Below are positions 1-8,999 of a stretch of DNA of 23,209 bases, in pieces. Position 1 is the first letter of the stretch. Every line of letters begins with the position of its first letter. The DNA lies in NCBI RefSeq assembly GCF_003334355.1, contig NZ_QOWP01000045.1; one strand, given 5' to 3'. Origin of the DNA: Escherichia coli (GTDB lineage Bacteria; Pseudomonadota; Gammaproteobacteria; Enterobacterales; Enterobacteriaceae). The position numbers were made by a program, and so were the translations under genes. A model generated the notes under the pieces. That model saw only the letters and a list, made by a program, of their open reading frames with translations. It did no database searches and was not told the DNA's origin.

Positions 1-73
1 GGAACCCACCGAAATGATTCAGGCGACAGCCTGAACGTAGCAGGGATCCACGTCCTTCAGGGCGTGGAGGATG

Positions 74-1249
74 TCAATATCGGTTTCTGTCAGCGATTAA
101 ATTCAACACCACGTAACAAACGCCTCCGGCAATTAATCCCCAAAACGCAGAACCAATCCCGACCAGCGTCAATCCACTTGCCGTTACCAGAAATGCCACC
201 ACCGCCGCGTCGCGCTCACGCTCATTATGCAGCGCCTGATACAAACTGCCGCCAATGGTACTCAACAGCGCCAGACCTGCCAGCATCTGGATCCAACTTA
301 CGGGCAGGGCAGCCATCATCCCGGTAATGGCACTACCAAACAGACCTGCGAGCAAATAGAAAATGCCTGCAACGGCAGCGGCCAGCCAACGTTGATCTTT
401 ATCCGGATGCGCTTCCGGGCTTTGGCAAATAGCCGCGGTGATTGCCGCAATCCCGACGGAATAAACGCCGAAAGGGGAAAAAACCAGTGCCAGCAATCCA
501 GTAAATACAATTAATGGCGAAACAGGAGCCGAATATCCGGCTGCTTTCATTGCTGCGATACCCGGTGCGTTTTGCGATGCCATCGTCACCAGAAAAAGGG
601 GGAGTGCAACGCTCAGGCTGTGAGCAAACGAAAAATCAGGGGTAATATAAGTGGGGAGAACGGGTTTAAAGACAACATCAGTTGTGACAACGTCACCTTG
701 CGCGATAACGATCACGATCCCAATAATCATCGCGGCAATTACCGCATAGCGCGGCGTAACAGCCTTGGTTGCCAGCCATACCAGCAACATACTTCCACAC
801 AACGTAAATTGACCGTCCAGACTGGCAAACGCCTGTAAACCAAAGCGTAATAAAATCCCGGCAAGCATTGCCGCCGCAAGCGAGTGCGGAATAATGCGCA
901 TCAGACGAGCAAAGAGTCCCGTTATGCCGCAGAGGACTATTAACGCGTTGGTGACAATAAAAACGCCGATGGCTTCGTTAAGTGTTAGTCCCTGCAATCC
1001 GGTGACCAACAAAGCCGCGCCAGGCGTTGACCATGCGGTGAGAACAGGTACGCGATACCATAATGTCAGAGTCAGCGTACTGACGCCCATTGCCAGCCCC
1101 AGCGCCGTCATCCAGCCAGAGATTTGTGCAGTGGTGGCTCCGGCGACAATCGCTGCTTGCCAGATTATTGCCGCTGAACTGGCGTAGCCAATTAATACCG
1201 CCAGAAACCCCGCCAGTAGCGTGGGTGGAGGAATAGAAAACAGACGCAT
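74..1249 (-). CDS. ydcO: BenE-family (benzoate-type) inner-membrane transporter, 391 aa
   Basis: Minus-strand ORF (track 74..1510). The translation is a very hydrophobic multi-TM protein that I recognise as YdcO/BenE family. Start placed at the internal ATG at 1249 (MRLFSIPP...), which has GAGGTG just upstream; the longer track start would overlap the divergent ydcN start. Stop TGA at 74-76. Confidence 0.85.
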   Translation of the reverse strand: MRLFSIPPPTLLAGFLAVLIGYASSAAIIWQAAIVAGATTAQISGWMTALGLAMGVSTLTLTLWYRVPVLTAWSTPGAALLVTGLQGLTLNEAIGVFIVTNALIVLCGITGLFARLMRIIPHSLAAAMLAGILLRFGLQAFASLDGQFTLCGSMLLVWLATKAVTPRYAVIAAMIIGIVIVIAQGDVVTTDVVFKPVLPTYITPDFSFAHSLSVALPLFLVTMASQNAPGIAAMKAAGYSAPVSPLIVFTGLLALVFSPFGVYSVGIAAITAAICQSPEAHPDKDQRWLAAAVAGIFYLLAGLFGSAITGMMAALPVSWIQMLAGLALLSTIGGSLYQALHNERERDAAVVAFLVTASGLTLVGIGSAFWGLIAGGVCYVVLNLIADRNRY

Positions 1250-1258
1250 AGTCACCTC

Positions 1259-1306
1259 GTGCGTTATAGCGTACAGGCACCGTAGCATTTGTCCGTTATA
1301 ACGCAC
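1259..1306. promoter_or_regulatory. Perfect 10-bp inverted repeat (GTGCGTTATA ... TATAACGCAC) in the ydcO/ydcN divergent promoter region; candidate operator
   Basis: Read directly: GTGCGTTATA at 1259-1268 and its exact reverse complement TATAACGCAC at 1297-1306, 28 bp apart, between the ydcO start (1249) and ydcN start (1341). That it is an operator is inference. Confidence 0.4.
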
Positions 1307-1340
1307 AAGTGATAAACTTCCGTTTTGCCGGAGGAGTCGC

Positions 1341-1877
1341 ATGGAAAATCTCGCTCGCTTTTTATCCACCACACTTAAACAACTACGCCAGCAGCGCGGC
1401 TGGAGTCTTTCGCGACTGGCAGAAGCGACGGGCGTTTCTAAAGCAATGTTAGGGCAGATTGAGCGTAATGAGTCCAGTCCGACGGTCGCGACATTATGGA
1501 AAATTGCCACCGGGTTGAACGTACCATTTTCAACATTTATTTCTCCGCCGCAGTCCGCTACGCCTTCAGTTTATGATCCACAACAGCAGGCGATGGTGAT
1601 CACTTCGCTGTTTCCTTATGATCCACAACTCTGCTTTGAACACTTCTCGATTCAGATGGCATCTGGTGCAATAAGCGAATCGACGCCCCATGAGAAGGGG
1701 GTAATCGAACATGTCGTCGTCATTGATGGACAACTTGATCTGTGCGTTGATGGGGAATGGCAGACCCTTAATTGTGGGGAAGGCGTTCGATTTGCTGCAG
1801 ACGTCACGCATATCTATCGTAATGGTGGGGAGCAAACCGTACATTTTCATTCCCTCATCCATTACCCGCGCAGTTAA
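1341..1877 (+). CDS. ydcN: XRE-family HTH transcriptional regulator with C-terminal cupin-like domain, 178 aa
   Basis: ORF 1341..1877 with ATG preceded by GGAGG (1331-1335). The N-terminus (LSTTLKQLRQQRGWSLSRLAEATGVSKAMLGQIERNESSPTVATLWKIATGLNV) is a typical XRE/Cro helix-turn-helix. Divergent from ydcO. Confidence 0.85.
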   Translation: MENLARFLSTTLKQLRQQRGWSLSRLAEATGVSKAMLGQIERNESSPTVATLWKIATGLNVPFSTFISPPQSATPSVYDPQQQAMVITSLFPYDPQLCFEHFSIQMASGAISESTPHEKGVIEHVVVIDGQLDLCVDGEWQTLNCGEGVRFAADVTHIYRNGGEQTVHFHSLIHYPRS

Positions 1878-1949
1878 GCGGGAAAACTATTTCGCAACGT
1901 CGCGCTTGTGGCTAAAATAGCCGCCATTTTTCAGCTACTGGATAAGAAT

Positions 1950-3911
1950 GTGACCGTATCTTCTCATCGACTTGAACTGTTAAGCCCGGCACGCGATGCC
2001 GCCATTGCCCGCGAAGCTATTTTGCACGGTGCCGATGCTGTTTATATCGGCGGCCCTGGTTTTGGTGCCCGTCATAATGCCAGTAATAGCCTGAAAGATA
2101 TTGCCGAGCTGGTGCCGTTTGCCCATCGTTATGGTGCAAAAATTTTCGTCACGCTTAACACCATTTTGCATGATGATGAGCTGGAACCCGCGCAACGGCT
2201 GATTACTGACCTCTACCAGACCGGTGTCGATGCGCTGATTGTTCAGGATATGGGGATTCTGGAACTTGATATTCCGCCGATTGAACTGCACGCCAGTACG
2301 CAGTGCGACATTCGTACAGTAGAAAAAGCGAAGTTCCTCTCTGATGTTGGCTTCACGCAGATTGTGCTGGCGCGAGAGCTGAATCTTGAGCAGATCCGCG
2401 CGATTCACCAGGCTACGGACGCGACCATTGAATTCTTTATTCATGGGGCACTGTGCGTGGCCTATTCGGGTCAGTGCTACATTTCTCATGCGCAAACAGG
2501 GCGTAGCGCCAACCGTGGCGATTGCTCGCAGGCGTGCCGTTTGCCATACACATTGAAAGACGATCAGGGGCGGGTGGTTTCCTATGAAAAACATCTGCTG
2601 TCGATGAAAGATAACGATCAGACTGCCAACCTCGGCGCGCTGATTGATGCTGGTGTACGCTCCTTCAAGATTGAAGGGCGTTACAAAGATATGAGCTACG
2701 TGAAGAATATCACCGCCCATTATCGCCAGATGCTTGATGCCATTATTGAAGGCCGTGGCGATCTGGCGCGCGCTTCATCAGGTCGTACTGAACATTTCTT
2801 TGTTCCATCGACGGAAAAGACTTTCCACCGTGGTAGCACAGATTATTTTGTGAATGCCCGTAAAGGCGATATTGGCGCGTTCGATTCGCCGAAATTTATC
2901 GGCCTGCCGGTAGGCGAAGTATTGAAAGTGGCGAAAGATCATCTCGATGTCGCCGTTACCGAGCCACTGGCAAATGGCGATGGCCTGAACGTGTTGATTA
3001 AACGTGAAGTCGTCGGTTTTCGTGCCAATACGGTCGAGAAAACCGGAGAAAATCAGTACCGCGTCTGGCCCAATGAAATGCCAGCAGATTTGCACAAAAT
3101 TCGTCCACATCACCCACTAAACCGTAATCTTGATCATAACTGGCAGCAGGCACTGACAAAAACCTCCAGCGAACGTCGGGTGGCGGTAGACATTGAACTG
3201 GGCGGCTGGCAGGAACAACTGATTCTGACCCTCACCAGTGAAGAGGGTGTCAGCATCACGCATACGCTGGACGGGCAGTTCGACGAAGCCAATAACGCCG
3301 AAAAAGCAATGAACAATCTGAAGGATGGTCTGGCAAAACTGGGGCAAACCCTCTATTACGCCCGCGATGTGCAAATTAATTTGCCGGGGGCGCTGTTTGT
3401 ACCAAACAGTCTGTTAAACCAGTTCCGCCGTGAAGCTGCTGACATGCTGGATGCTGCGCGTCTTGCCAGTTACCAGCGCGGCAGCCGTAAACCGGTTGCT
3501 GATCCTGCGCCGGTTTATCCGCAAACGCATCTGAGTTTCCTCGCGAACGTATACAACCAGAAAGCGCGTGAATTTTATCATCGCTATGGTGTGCAGCTGA
3601 TTGACGCGGCGTATGAAGCACATGAAGAGAAGGGCGAAGTCCCGGTGATGATCACCAAGCATTGTCTGCGCTTTGCCTTTAATCTGTGCCCGAAACAGGC
3701 GAAAGGCAATATCAAAAGCTGGAAGGCGACGCCAATGCAACTGGTTAACGGCGATGAAGTATTAACGCTAAAGTTTGATTGCCGCCCATGCGAGATGCAC
3801 GTCATTGGCAAAATCAAAAATCACATACTGAAAATGCCGTTACCGGGAAGCGTAGTGGCATCCGTAAGTCCGGATGAGCTGCTGAAAACATTGCCTAAGC
3901 GAAAAGGGTAA
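1950..3911 (+). CDS. ydcP: Peptidase U32 family protein (YdcP/RlhA-like), about 653 aa
   Basis: Long ORF (track 1908..3911, GTG at 1908). U32-like N-terminal region (LELLSPARD..., GADAVYIGG...) and conserved Cys-containing segments. Start is uncertain: in-frame GTG at 1950 would give the 653 aa I recall for YdcP, GTG at 1908 gives 667 aa; no in-frame ATG near the 5' end. Confidence 0.8.
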   Translation: MTVSSHRLELLSPARDAAIAREAILHGADAVYIGGPGFGARHNASNSLKDIAELVPFAHRYGAKIFVTLNTILHDDELEPAQRLITDLYQTGVDALIVQDMGILELDIPPIELHASTQCDIRTVEKAKFLSDVGFTQIVLARELNLEQIRAIHQATDATIEFFIHGALCVAYSGQCYISHAQTGRSANRGDCSQACRLPYTLKDDQGRVVSYEKHLLSMKDNDQTANLGALIDAGVRSFKIEGRYKDMSYVKNITAHYRQMLDAIIEGRGDLARASSGRTEHFFVPSTEKTFHRGSTDYFVNARKGDIGAFDSPKFIGLPVGEVLKVAKDHLDVAVTEPLANGDGLNVLIKREVVGFRANTVEKTGENQYRVWPNEMPADLHKIRPHHPLNRNLDHNWQQALTKTSSERRVAVDIELGGWQEQLILTLTSEEGVSITHTLDGQFDEANNAEKAMNNLKDGLAKLGQTLYYARDVQINLPGALFVPNSLLNQFRREAADMLDAARLASYQRGSRKPVADPAPVYPQTHLSFLANVYNQKAREFYHRYGVQLIDAAYEAHEEKGEVPVMITKHCLRFAFNLCPKQAKGNIKSWKATPMQLVNGDEVLTLKFDCRPCEMHVIGKIKNHILKMPLPGSVVASVSPDELLKTLPKRKG

Positions 3912-3960
3912 AACGCCAGTTTTCTGGTTACTCACAACTCATTGAATCTGCATGATATTG

Positions 3961-3995
3961 CCTGCCGGGTAAGGCGTCACGCCGCATCCGGCAAC
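3961..3995. repeat. REP (repetitive extragenic palindrome) element between convergent ydcP and yncJ
   Basis: Sequence CCTGCCGGGTAAGGCGTCACGCCGCATCCGGCAAC has the characteristic enterobacterial REP core (GCCGGATGCGGCGTGA...CCGGCAGG on the opposite strand) and sits in the 3' gap between two convergent genes. Confidence 0.6.
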
Positions 3996-4002
3996 AAATG
4001 AC

Positions 4003-4233
4003 TCAACGTTGTCCCGCTTCTGGTTTGCGCGATTTTTGCCAGTAAAAATGCTCGCGCAAACCTTCCGCCGACTCTTCCGCCACAGCACGCAATTCATCGC
4101 TGTCCGCTTCATGGCGCAGCTGATGATCCACATTCTTTACCCACACAAATTCATGTCCTTTGTGCCCTGCCATGAGTTGTCCTGAGAACAGCGCACACGT
4201 TAATAAGACAACCGATAACGCCTTCGTAAACAT
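4003..4233 (-). CDS. yncJ: Small secreted/periplasmic protein with N-terminal signal peptide (DUF2554-like), 76 aa
   Basis: ORF 4003..4233 minus. ATG at 4233 is preceded by an AGGTGG RBS on the minus strand. N-terminus MFTKALSVVLLTCALFSGQLMA is a classic signal peptide. Matches YncJ from memory. Confidence 0.75.
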   Translation of the reverse strand: MFTKALSVVLLTCALFSGQLMAGHKGHEFVWVKNVDHQLRHEADSDELRAVAEESAEGLREHFYWQKSRKPEAGQR

Positions 4234-4405
4234 CCTGCCACCTTTTTCTTACCTTTTGCCGCTATGATGCCGATCGTTTCTTGAGGTTATTATTCAGTTT
4301 TGCAAATTAGCGCAAAGAAATTCTGGAATCTTCCTTCCTGATTTTGCATGGCATTCTGCCGTTGCGGCGATTTAGTGCTATTTTCGAGCAAATTACACAC
4401 GGAGG

Positions 4406-4423
4406 TAAACACTAATGTTTACT
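4406..4423. promoter_or_regulatory. Palindrome GTAAACA-cta-ATGTTTAC upstream of hicA; candidate HicB operator
   Basis: Read directly: GTAAACA (4406-4412) and TGTTTAC (4417-4423) are reverse complements, about 35-50 bp upstream of the hicA start. The operator role is inference from known autoregulation of type II TA operons. Confidence 0.3.
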
Positions 4424-4454
4424 TTGTTGATATACTCAGCGGCAGGGAGGCGAT

Positions 4455-4631
4455 GTGAAACAAAGCGAGTTCAGACGTTGGCTCGAATCTCAGGGCGTCG
4501 ATGTAGCGAATGGCAGCAACCATTTGAAACTCAGGTTTCATGGGAGGCGCAGTGTCATGCCGCGTCACCCTTGCGATGAGATTAAAGAACCATTGCGTAA
4601 AGCAATCCTGAAACAACTCGGTTTGAGTTAA
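4455..4631 (+). CDS. hicA: HicA toxin (mRNA interferase) of the HicAB type II toxin-antitoxin system, 58 aa
   Basis: GTG start at 4455 preceded by GGGAGG (4445-4450); stop TAA 4629-4631. Translation MKQSEFRRWLESQGVDVANGSNHLKLRFHGRRSVMPRHPCDEIKEPLRKAILKQLGLS is the HicA dsRBD-like toxin. Below the 60 aa track cut-off, so not in the ORF list. Confidence 0.85.
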   Translation: MKQSEFRRWLESQGVDVANGSNHLKLRFHGRRSVMPRHPCDEIKEPLRKAILKQLGLS

Positions 4632-4655
4632 TCGCCAATTAAAAAGGTTAATGAC

Positions 4656-5093
<438 letters not shown>

Positions 5094-5171
5094 TTACAGT
5101 TAACGAAAAGTTGTCATTTTTAACAACTGATATAGACTGCCGAATCATCTGCACATAATTACGATTCGATA

Positions 5172-6578
5172 ATGAAAAAATACCAGCAGCTTGCAGAACA
5201 ATTACGCGAGCAGATTGCGTCGGGTATCTGGCAACCCGGCGATCGTTTGCCTTCGTTGCGTGACCAGGTGGCGCTTTCAGGCATGAGCTTTATGACTGTC
5301 AGCCATGCCTATCAGTTGCTCGAAAGTCAGGGACATATTATCGCGCGACCGCAGTCGGGTTATTACGTTGCGCCACAGGCAATAAAAATGCCGAAAGCGC
5401 CAGTCATTCCAGTCACTCGAGATGAAGCAGTCGATATCAACACCTATATTTTTGATATGTTGCAGGCCAGTCGCGATCCGTCGGTAGTTCCGTTTGCCTC
5501 GGCCTTTCCCGACCCGCGACTTTTCCCCCTCCAACAACTAAACCGCTCGCTGGCGCAGGTAAGCAAAACCGCCACGGCGATGAGCGTGATTGAAAACTTG
5601 CCGCCAGGAAACGCAGAACTGCGTCAGGCTATTGCCCGTCGCTATGCCTTACAGGGCATCACCATTTCTCCTGATGAAATTGTCATCACTGCCGGGGCGT
5701 TAGAAGCATTAAACCTCAGTTTGCAAGCGGTAACTGAACCGGGCGATTGGGTGATAGTAGAGAATCCTTGTTTCTACGGTGCGTTGCAGGCGCTGGAGCG
5801 GCTACGGCTGAAGGCGTTATCGGTGGCGACGGATGTTAAAGAAGGGATCGATCTTCAGGCGCTGGAACTGGCGTTGCAGGAGTATCCGGTGAAAGCGTGC
5901 TGGCTGATGACTAATAGCCAGAATCCACTCGGATTTACCTTAACGCCGCAAAAAAAAGCACAACTGGTGGCGTTGCTCAATCAGTACAACGTAACGCTGA
6001 TTGAAGATGACGTTTACAGCGAACTTTATTTTGGACGGGAAAAACCGCTGCCTGCGAAAGCGTGGGATCGCCACGATGGCGTTTTGCATTGCTCTTCGTT
6101 TTCGAAATGTCTGGTGCCTGGTTTTCGTATTGGTTGGGTCGCCGCCGGAAAACATGCACGTAAAATTCAACGATTGCAGTTGATGAGTACGCTTTCCACC
6201 AGCTCACCGATGCAGCTTGCGCTGGTGGATTACCTTTCCACGCGCCGATACGACGCCCATCTTCGTCGCCTGCGTCGCCAGCTTGCGGAACGTAAACAAC
6301 GTGCCTGGCAGGCACTGCTGCGTTATCTGCCTGCGGAAGTGAAAATTCATCATAATGACAGCGGTTATTTTCTCTGGCTGGAGCTCCCCGAGCCGTTAGA
6401 TGCCGGCGAATTGAGCCTGGCGGCACTGACGCATCATATCAGTATTGCGCCGGGTAAAATGTTTTCTACCGGTGAAAACTGGTCACGTTTTTTTCGTTTT
6501 AATACCGCGTGGCAGTGGGGAGAACGTGAAGAACAGGCGGTAAAACAATTAGGCAAACTTATTCAAGAACGGCTGTAA
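5172..6578 (+). CDS. ydcR: MocR/GabR-type regulator (GntR winged-HTH fused to a PLP aminotransferase-like domain), 468 aa
   Basis: ORF 5172..6578. N-terminus (YQQLAEQLREQIASGIWQPGDRLPSLRDQVALSGMSFMTVSHAYQLLESQGHIIARPQSGYYV) is a GntR-type HTH, followed by a large aminotransferase-like domain. Sits immediately upstream of the ydcSTUV-patD cluster. Confidence 0.85.
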   Translation: MKKYQQLAEQLREQIASGIWQPGDRLPSLRDQVALSGMSFMTVSHAYQLLESQGHIIARPQSGYYVAPQAIKMPKAPVIPVTRDEAVDINTYIFDMLQASRDPSVVPFASAFPDPRLFPLQQLNRSLAQVSKTATAMSVIENLPPGNAELRQAIARRYALQGITISPDEIVITAGALEALNLSLQAVTEPGDWVIVENPCFYGALQALERLRLKALSVATDVKEGIDLQALELALQEYPVKACWLMTNSQNPLGFTLTPQKKAQLVALLNQYNVTLIEDDVYSELYFGREKPLPAKAWDRHDGVLHCSSFSKCLVPGFRIGWVAAGKHARKIQRLQLMSTLSTSSPMQLALVDYLSTRRYDAHLRRLRRQLAERKQRAWQALLRYLPAEVKIHHNDSGYFLWLELPEPLDAGELSLAALTHHISIAPGKMFSTGENWSRFFRFNTAWQWGEREEQAVKQLGKLIQERL

Positions 6579-6742
6579 TAGCGTTTAATTTAATTCCTCT
6601 TAGATTAGGTAATATGAATTTCGAATAGCAGTCATATTTCCTAACTCCTTGACTATACTCCAGAAGATAACCTTACAGACGGCATAATGCGCGGTAGCTC
6701 ACAACCTGATTAAATTTTCTCAGGGGCGAAGGTGTGCCTGCA

Positions 6743-6791
6743 AGCCGCCGTCTATGGTTAAACAAGGAGATATTTTTACGGCACGGCGGCT
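6743..6791 (+). promoter_or_regulatory. 9-bp perfect inverted repeat (AGCCGCCGT ... ACGGCGGCT) in the ydcS upstream/leader region
   Basis: Read directly: AGCCGCCGT at 6743-6751 and ACGGCGGCT at 6783-6791, with a 31-nt spacer, ending about 30 nt before the ydcS RBS (AGGAG 6809-6813). Function is unknown. Confidence 0.3.
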
Positions 6792-6822
6792 GAACAATTA
6801 ATTACGACAGGAGTAAGACCTT

Positions 6823-7968
6823 ATGAGCAAGACATTTGCCCGCAGCAGCCTGTGTGCACTCAGCATGACAATAATGACCGCTCACGCCGCCGAACCGCCT
6901 ACCAATTTAGATAAACCGGAAGGGCGACTGGATATTATCGCCTGGCCGGGATACATCGAACGCGGACAAACCGATAAACAATACGACTGGGTGACGCAAT
7001 TTGAAAAAGAAACAGGTTGCGCGGTGAATGTGAAAACTGCGGCGACTTCCGATGAAATGGTCAGTCTGATGACCAAAGGGGGTTACGATCTGGTTACGGC
7101 ATCCGGCGATGCCTCGCTGCGTTTGATTATGGGCAAACGCGTGCAGCCGATTAATACCGCCTTGATTCCCAACTGGAAAACGCTCGATCCGCGCGTGGTT
7201 AAAGGCGACTGGTTTAACGTGGACGGCAAAGTCTATGGCACGCCATATCAATGGGGTCCGAACCTGCTGATGTACAACACTAAAACCTTCCCGACGCCGC
7301 CGGATAGCTGGCAAGTGGTTTTTGTTGAGCAAAATCTGCCGGACGGCAAGAGCAATAAAGGCCGCGTTCAGGCTTATGATGGCCCTATCTACATTGCGGA
7401 CGCTGCGTTGTTCGTTAAAGCCACTCAGCCGCAGTTGGGCATCAGCGATCCGTATCAACTCACCGAAGAACAGTACCAGGCGGTGCTGAAAGTGCTGCGT
7501 GATCAACATAGTTTGATCCATCGCTACTGGCATGACACTACCGTGCAAATGAGCGATTTCAAAAACGAGGGTGTGGTTGCTTCCAGTGCCTGGCCCTATC
7601 AGGCCAACGCCCTGAAAGCCGAAGGCCAGCCTGTCGCTACAGTTTTCCCGAAAGAGGGCGTTACCGGCTGGGCAGACACCACCATGCTGCATAGCGAAGC
7701 GAAACATCCGGTTTGCGCCTACAAATGGATGAACTGGTCATTAACGCCAAAAGTGCAGGGCGATGTGGCGGCCTGGTTTGGCTCGTTACCAGTCGTGCCG
7801 GAAGGGTGTAAAGCCAGTTCGTTATTAGGCGAGAAAGGTTGTGAAACAAACGGTTTTAACTATTTCGACAAAATCGCCTTCTGGAAAACGCCTATAGCAG
7901 AAGGGGGCAAGTTTGTTCCCTACAGTCGCTGGACGCAGGATTACATTGCCATTATGGGCGGTCGCTAA
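6823..7968 (+). CDS. ydcS: Periplasmic solute-binding protein of a polyamine-type (PotD/PotF-like) ABC transporter, 381 aa
   Basis: ORF 6823..7968 with AGGAG RBS and signal peptide (MSKTFARSSLCALSMTIMTAHAA). First gene of a binding-protein, ATPase, permease, permease array. Confidence 0.9.
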   Translation: MSKTFARSSLCALSMTIMTAHAAEPPTNLDKPEGRLDIIAWPGYIERGQTDKQYDWVTQFEKETGCAVNVKTAATSDEMVSLMTKGGYDLVTASGDASLRLIMGKRVQPINTALIPNWKTLDPRVVKGDWFNVDGKVYGTPYQWGPNLLMYNTKTFPTPPDSWQVVFVEQNLPDGKSNKGRVQAYDGPIYIADAALFVKATQPQLGISDPYQLTEEQYQAVLKVLRDQHSLIHRYWHDTTVQMSDFKNEGVVASSAWPYQANALKAEGQPVATVFPKEGVTGWADTTMLHSEAKHPVCAYKWMNWSLTPKVQGDVAAWFGSLPVVPEGCKASSLLGEKGCETNGFNYFDKIAFWKTPIAEGGKFVPYSRWTQDYIAIMGGR

Positions 7969-7985
7969 CTTCGCTGGGGTGCTTT

Positions 7986-8999
7986 ATGACGTACGCAGTG
8001 GAGTTTGACAACGTCTCGCGGTTGTACGGTGACGTGCGCGCAGTAGATAGCGTCAGTATTGCGATAAAAGATGGTGAGTTCTTCTCTATGCTGGGGCCGT
8101 CCGGCTCCGGCAAAACCACCTGCCTGCGCCTGATTGCTGGCTTCGAACAGCTTTCCGGCGGGGCTATCTCTATCTTTGGTAAACCCGCCAGCAATCAGCC
8201 ACCGTGGGAGCGGGACGTGAATACTGTCTTTCAGGACTACGCGCTATTTCCGCATATGTCGATTCTTGACAATGTCGCCTATGGGCTGATGGTCAAAGGC
8301 GTGAATAAAAAGCAGCGGCACGCAATGGCGCAAGAGGCGCTGGAGAAAGTGGCGTTGGGGTTTGTACAGCAACGTAAACCGTCACAACTTTCTGGTGGTC
8401 AGCGCCAGCGGGTTGCTATCGCCAGAGCATTGGTGAATGAACCGCGCGTATTGCTGTTGGATGAACCGCTCGGCGCACTGGATCTCAAATTGCGTGAGCA
8501 GATGCAGCTGGAACTGAAAAAACTGCAACAGTCTCTCGGTATCACTTTTATCTTCGTTACCCACGATCAGGGCGAAGCGTTATCGATGTCCGATCGTGTG
8601 GCGGTTTTCAATAATGGACGCATTGAGCAGGTCGATTCCCCGCGCGATCTCTATATGCGCCCGCGCACGCCGTTTGTTGCCGGGTTCGTTGGTACATCGA
8701 ATGTTTTTGATGGACTGATGGCAGAGAAACTTTGTGGCATGACGGGAAGCTTCGCCCTGCGACCGGAACATATCCGCCTCAACACCCCTGGTGAACTGCA
8801 GGCCAATGGCACGATCCAGGCGGTGCAATATCAGGGCGCGGCAACTCGTTTTGAACTGAAATTGAACGGCGGTGAAAAACTGCTTGTGAGTCAGGCCAAT
8901 ATGACAGGCGAAGAACTGCCTGCCACGCTCACGCCCGGACAACAGGTGATGGTTTCCTGGTCGCGTGATGTGATGGTGCCGCTGGTTGAGGAGAGGTGA
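7986..8999 (+). CDS. ydcT: ABC transporter ATP-binding protein (PotA-like), 337 aa
   Basis: Walker A GPSGSGKTT, ABC signature LSGGQRQR and Walker B LLLDEP are all readable in the translation. Confidence 0.9.
   Translation: MTYAVEFDNVSRLYGDVRAVDSVSIAIKDGEFFSMLGPSGSGKTTCLRLIAGFEQLSGGAISIFGKPASNQPPWERDVNTVFQDYALFPHMSILDNVAYGLMVKGVNKKQRHAMAQEALEKVALGFVQQRKPSQLSGGQRQRVAIARALVNEPRVLLLDEPLGALDLKLREQMQLELKKLQQSLGITFIFVTHDQGEALSMSDRVAVFNNGRIEQVDSPRDLYMRPRTPFVAGFVGTSNVFDGLMAEKLCGMTGSFALRPEHIRLNTPGELQANGTIQAVQYQGAATRFELKLNGGEKLLVSQANMTGEELPATLTPGQQVMVSWSRDVMVPLVEER

Noticed and set aside
64-327. ORF of 87 aa starting at GTG 64 and running antisense into ydcO; frame 1 is open from the window edge
   Set aside because: No RBS and an implausible composition; most of it is antisense to ydcO. 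The first 73 nt could be the tail of an upstream element, but nothing recognisable (no transposase motif) is visible.
227-1280. Plus- and minus-strand ORFs of 64-100 aa inside ydcO (227..514, 316..510, 572..838, 894..1187, 978..1280)
   Set aside because: All lie within or antisense to the hydrophobic ydcO coding sequence, have no RBS, and have low-complexity Arg/Gln-rich translations typical of shadow frames of a GC-rich membrane-protein gene.
1980-3817. Several minus-strand ORFs (246, 111, 85, 108, 81, 77 aa) inside ydcP
   Set aside because: Antisense shadow ORFs within a well-supported long coding frame; no start signals.
3939-4133. 64 aa minus-strand ORF overlapping yncJ and the REP element
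   Set aside because: Different frame from the signal-peptide-bearing yncJ ORF and spans a REP palindrome; no RBS.
6907-7707. 266 aa minus-strand ORF antisense to ydcS
   Set aside because: Entirely within the ydcS coding region on the opposite strand; the ydcS frame has a signal peptide and RBS and clear operon context, and the antisense translation is Arg/His-rich low complexity.
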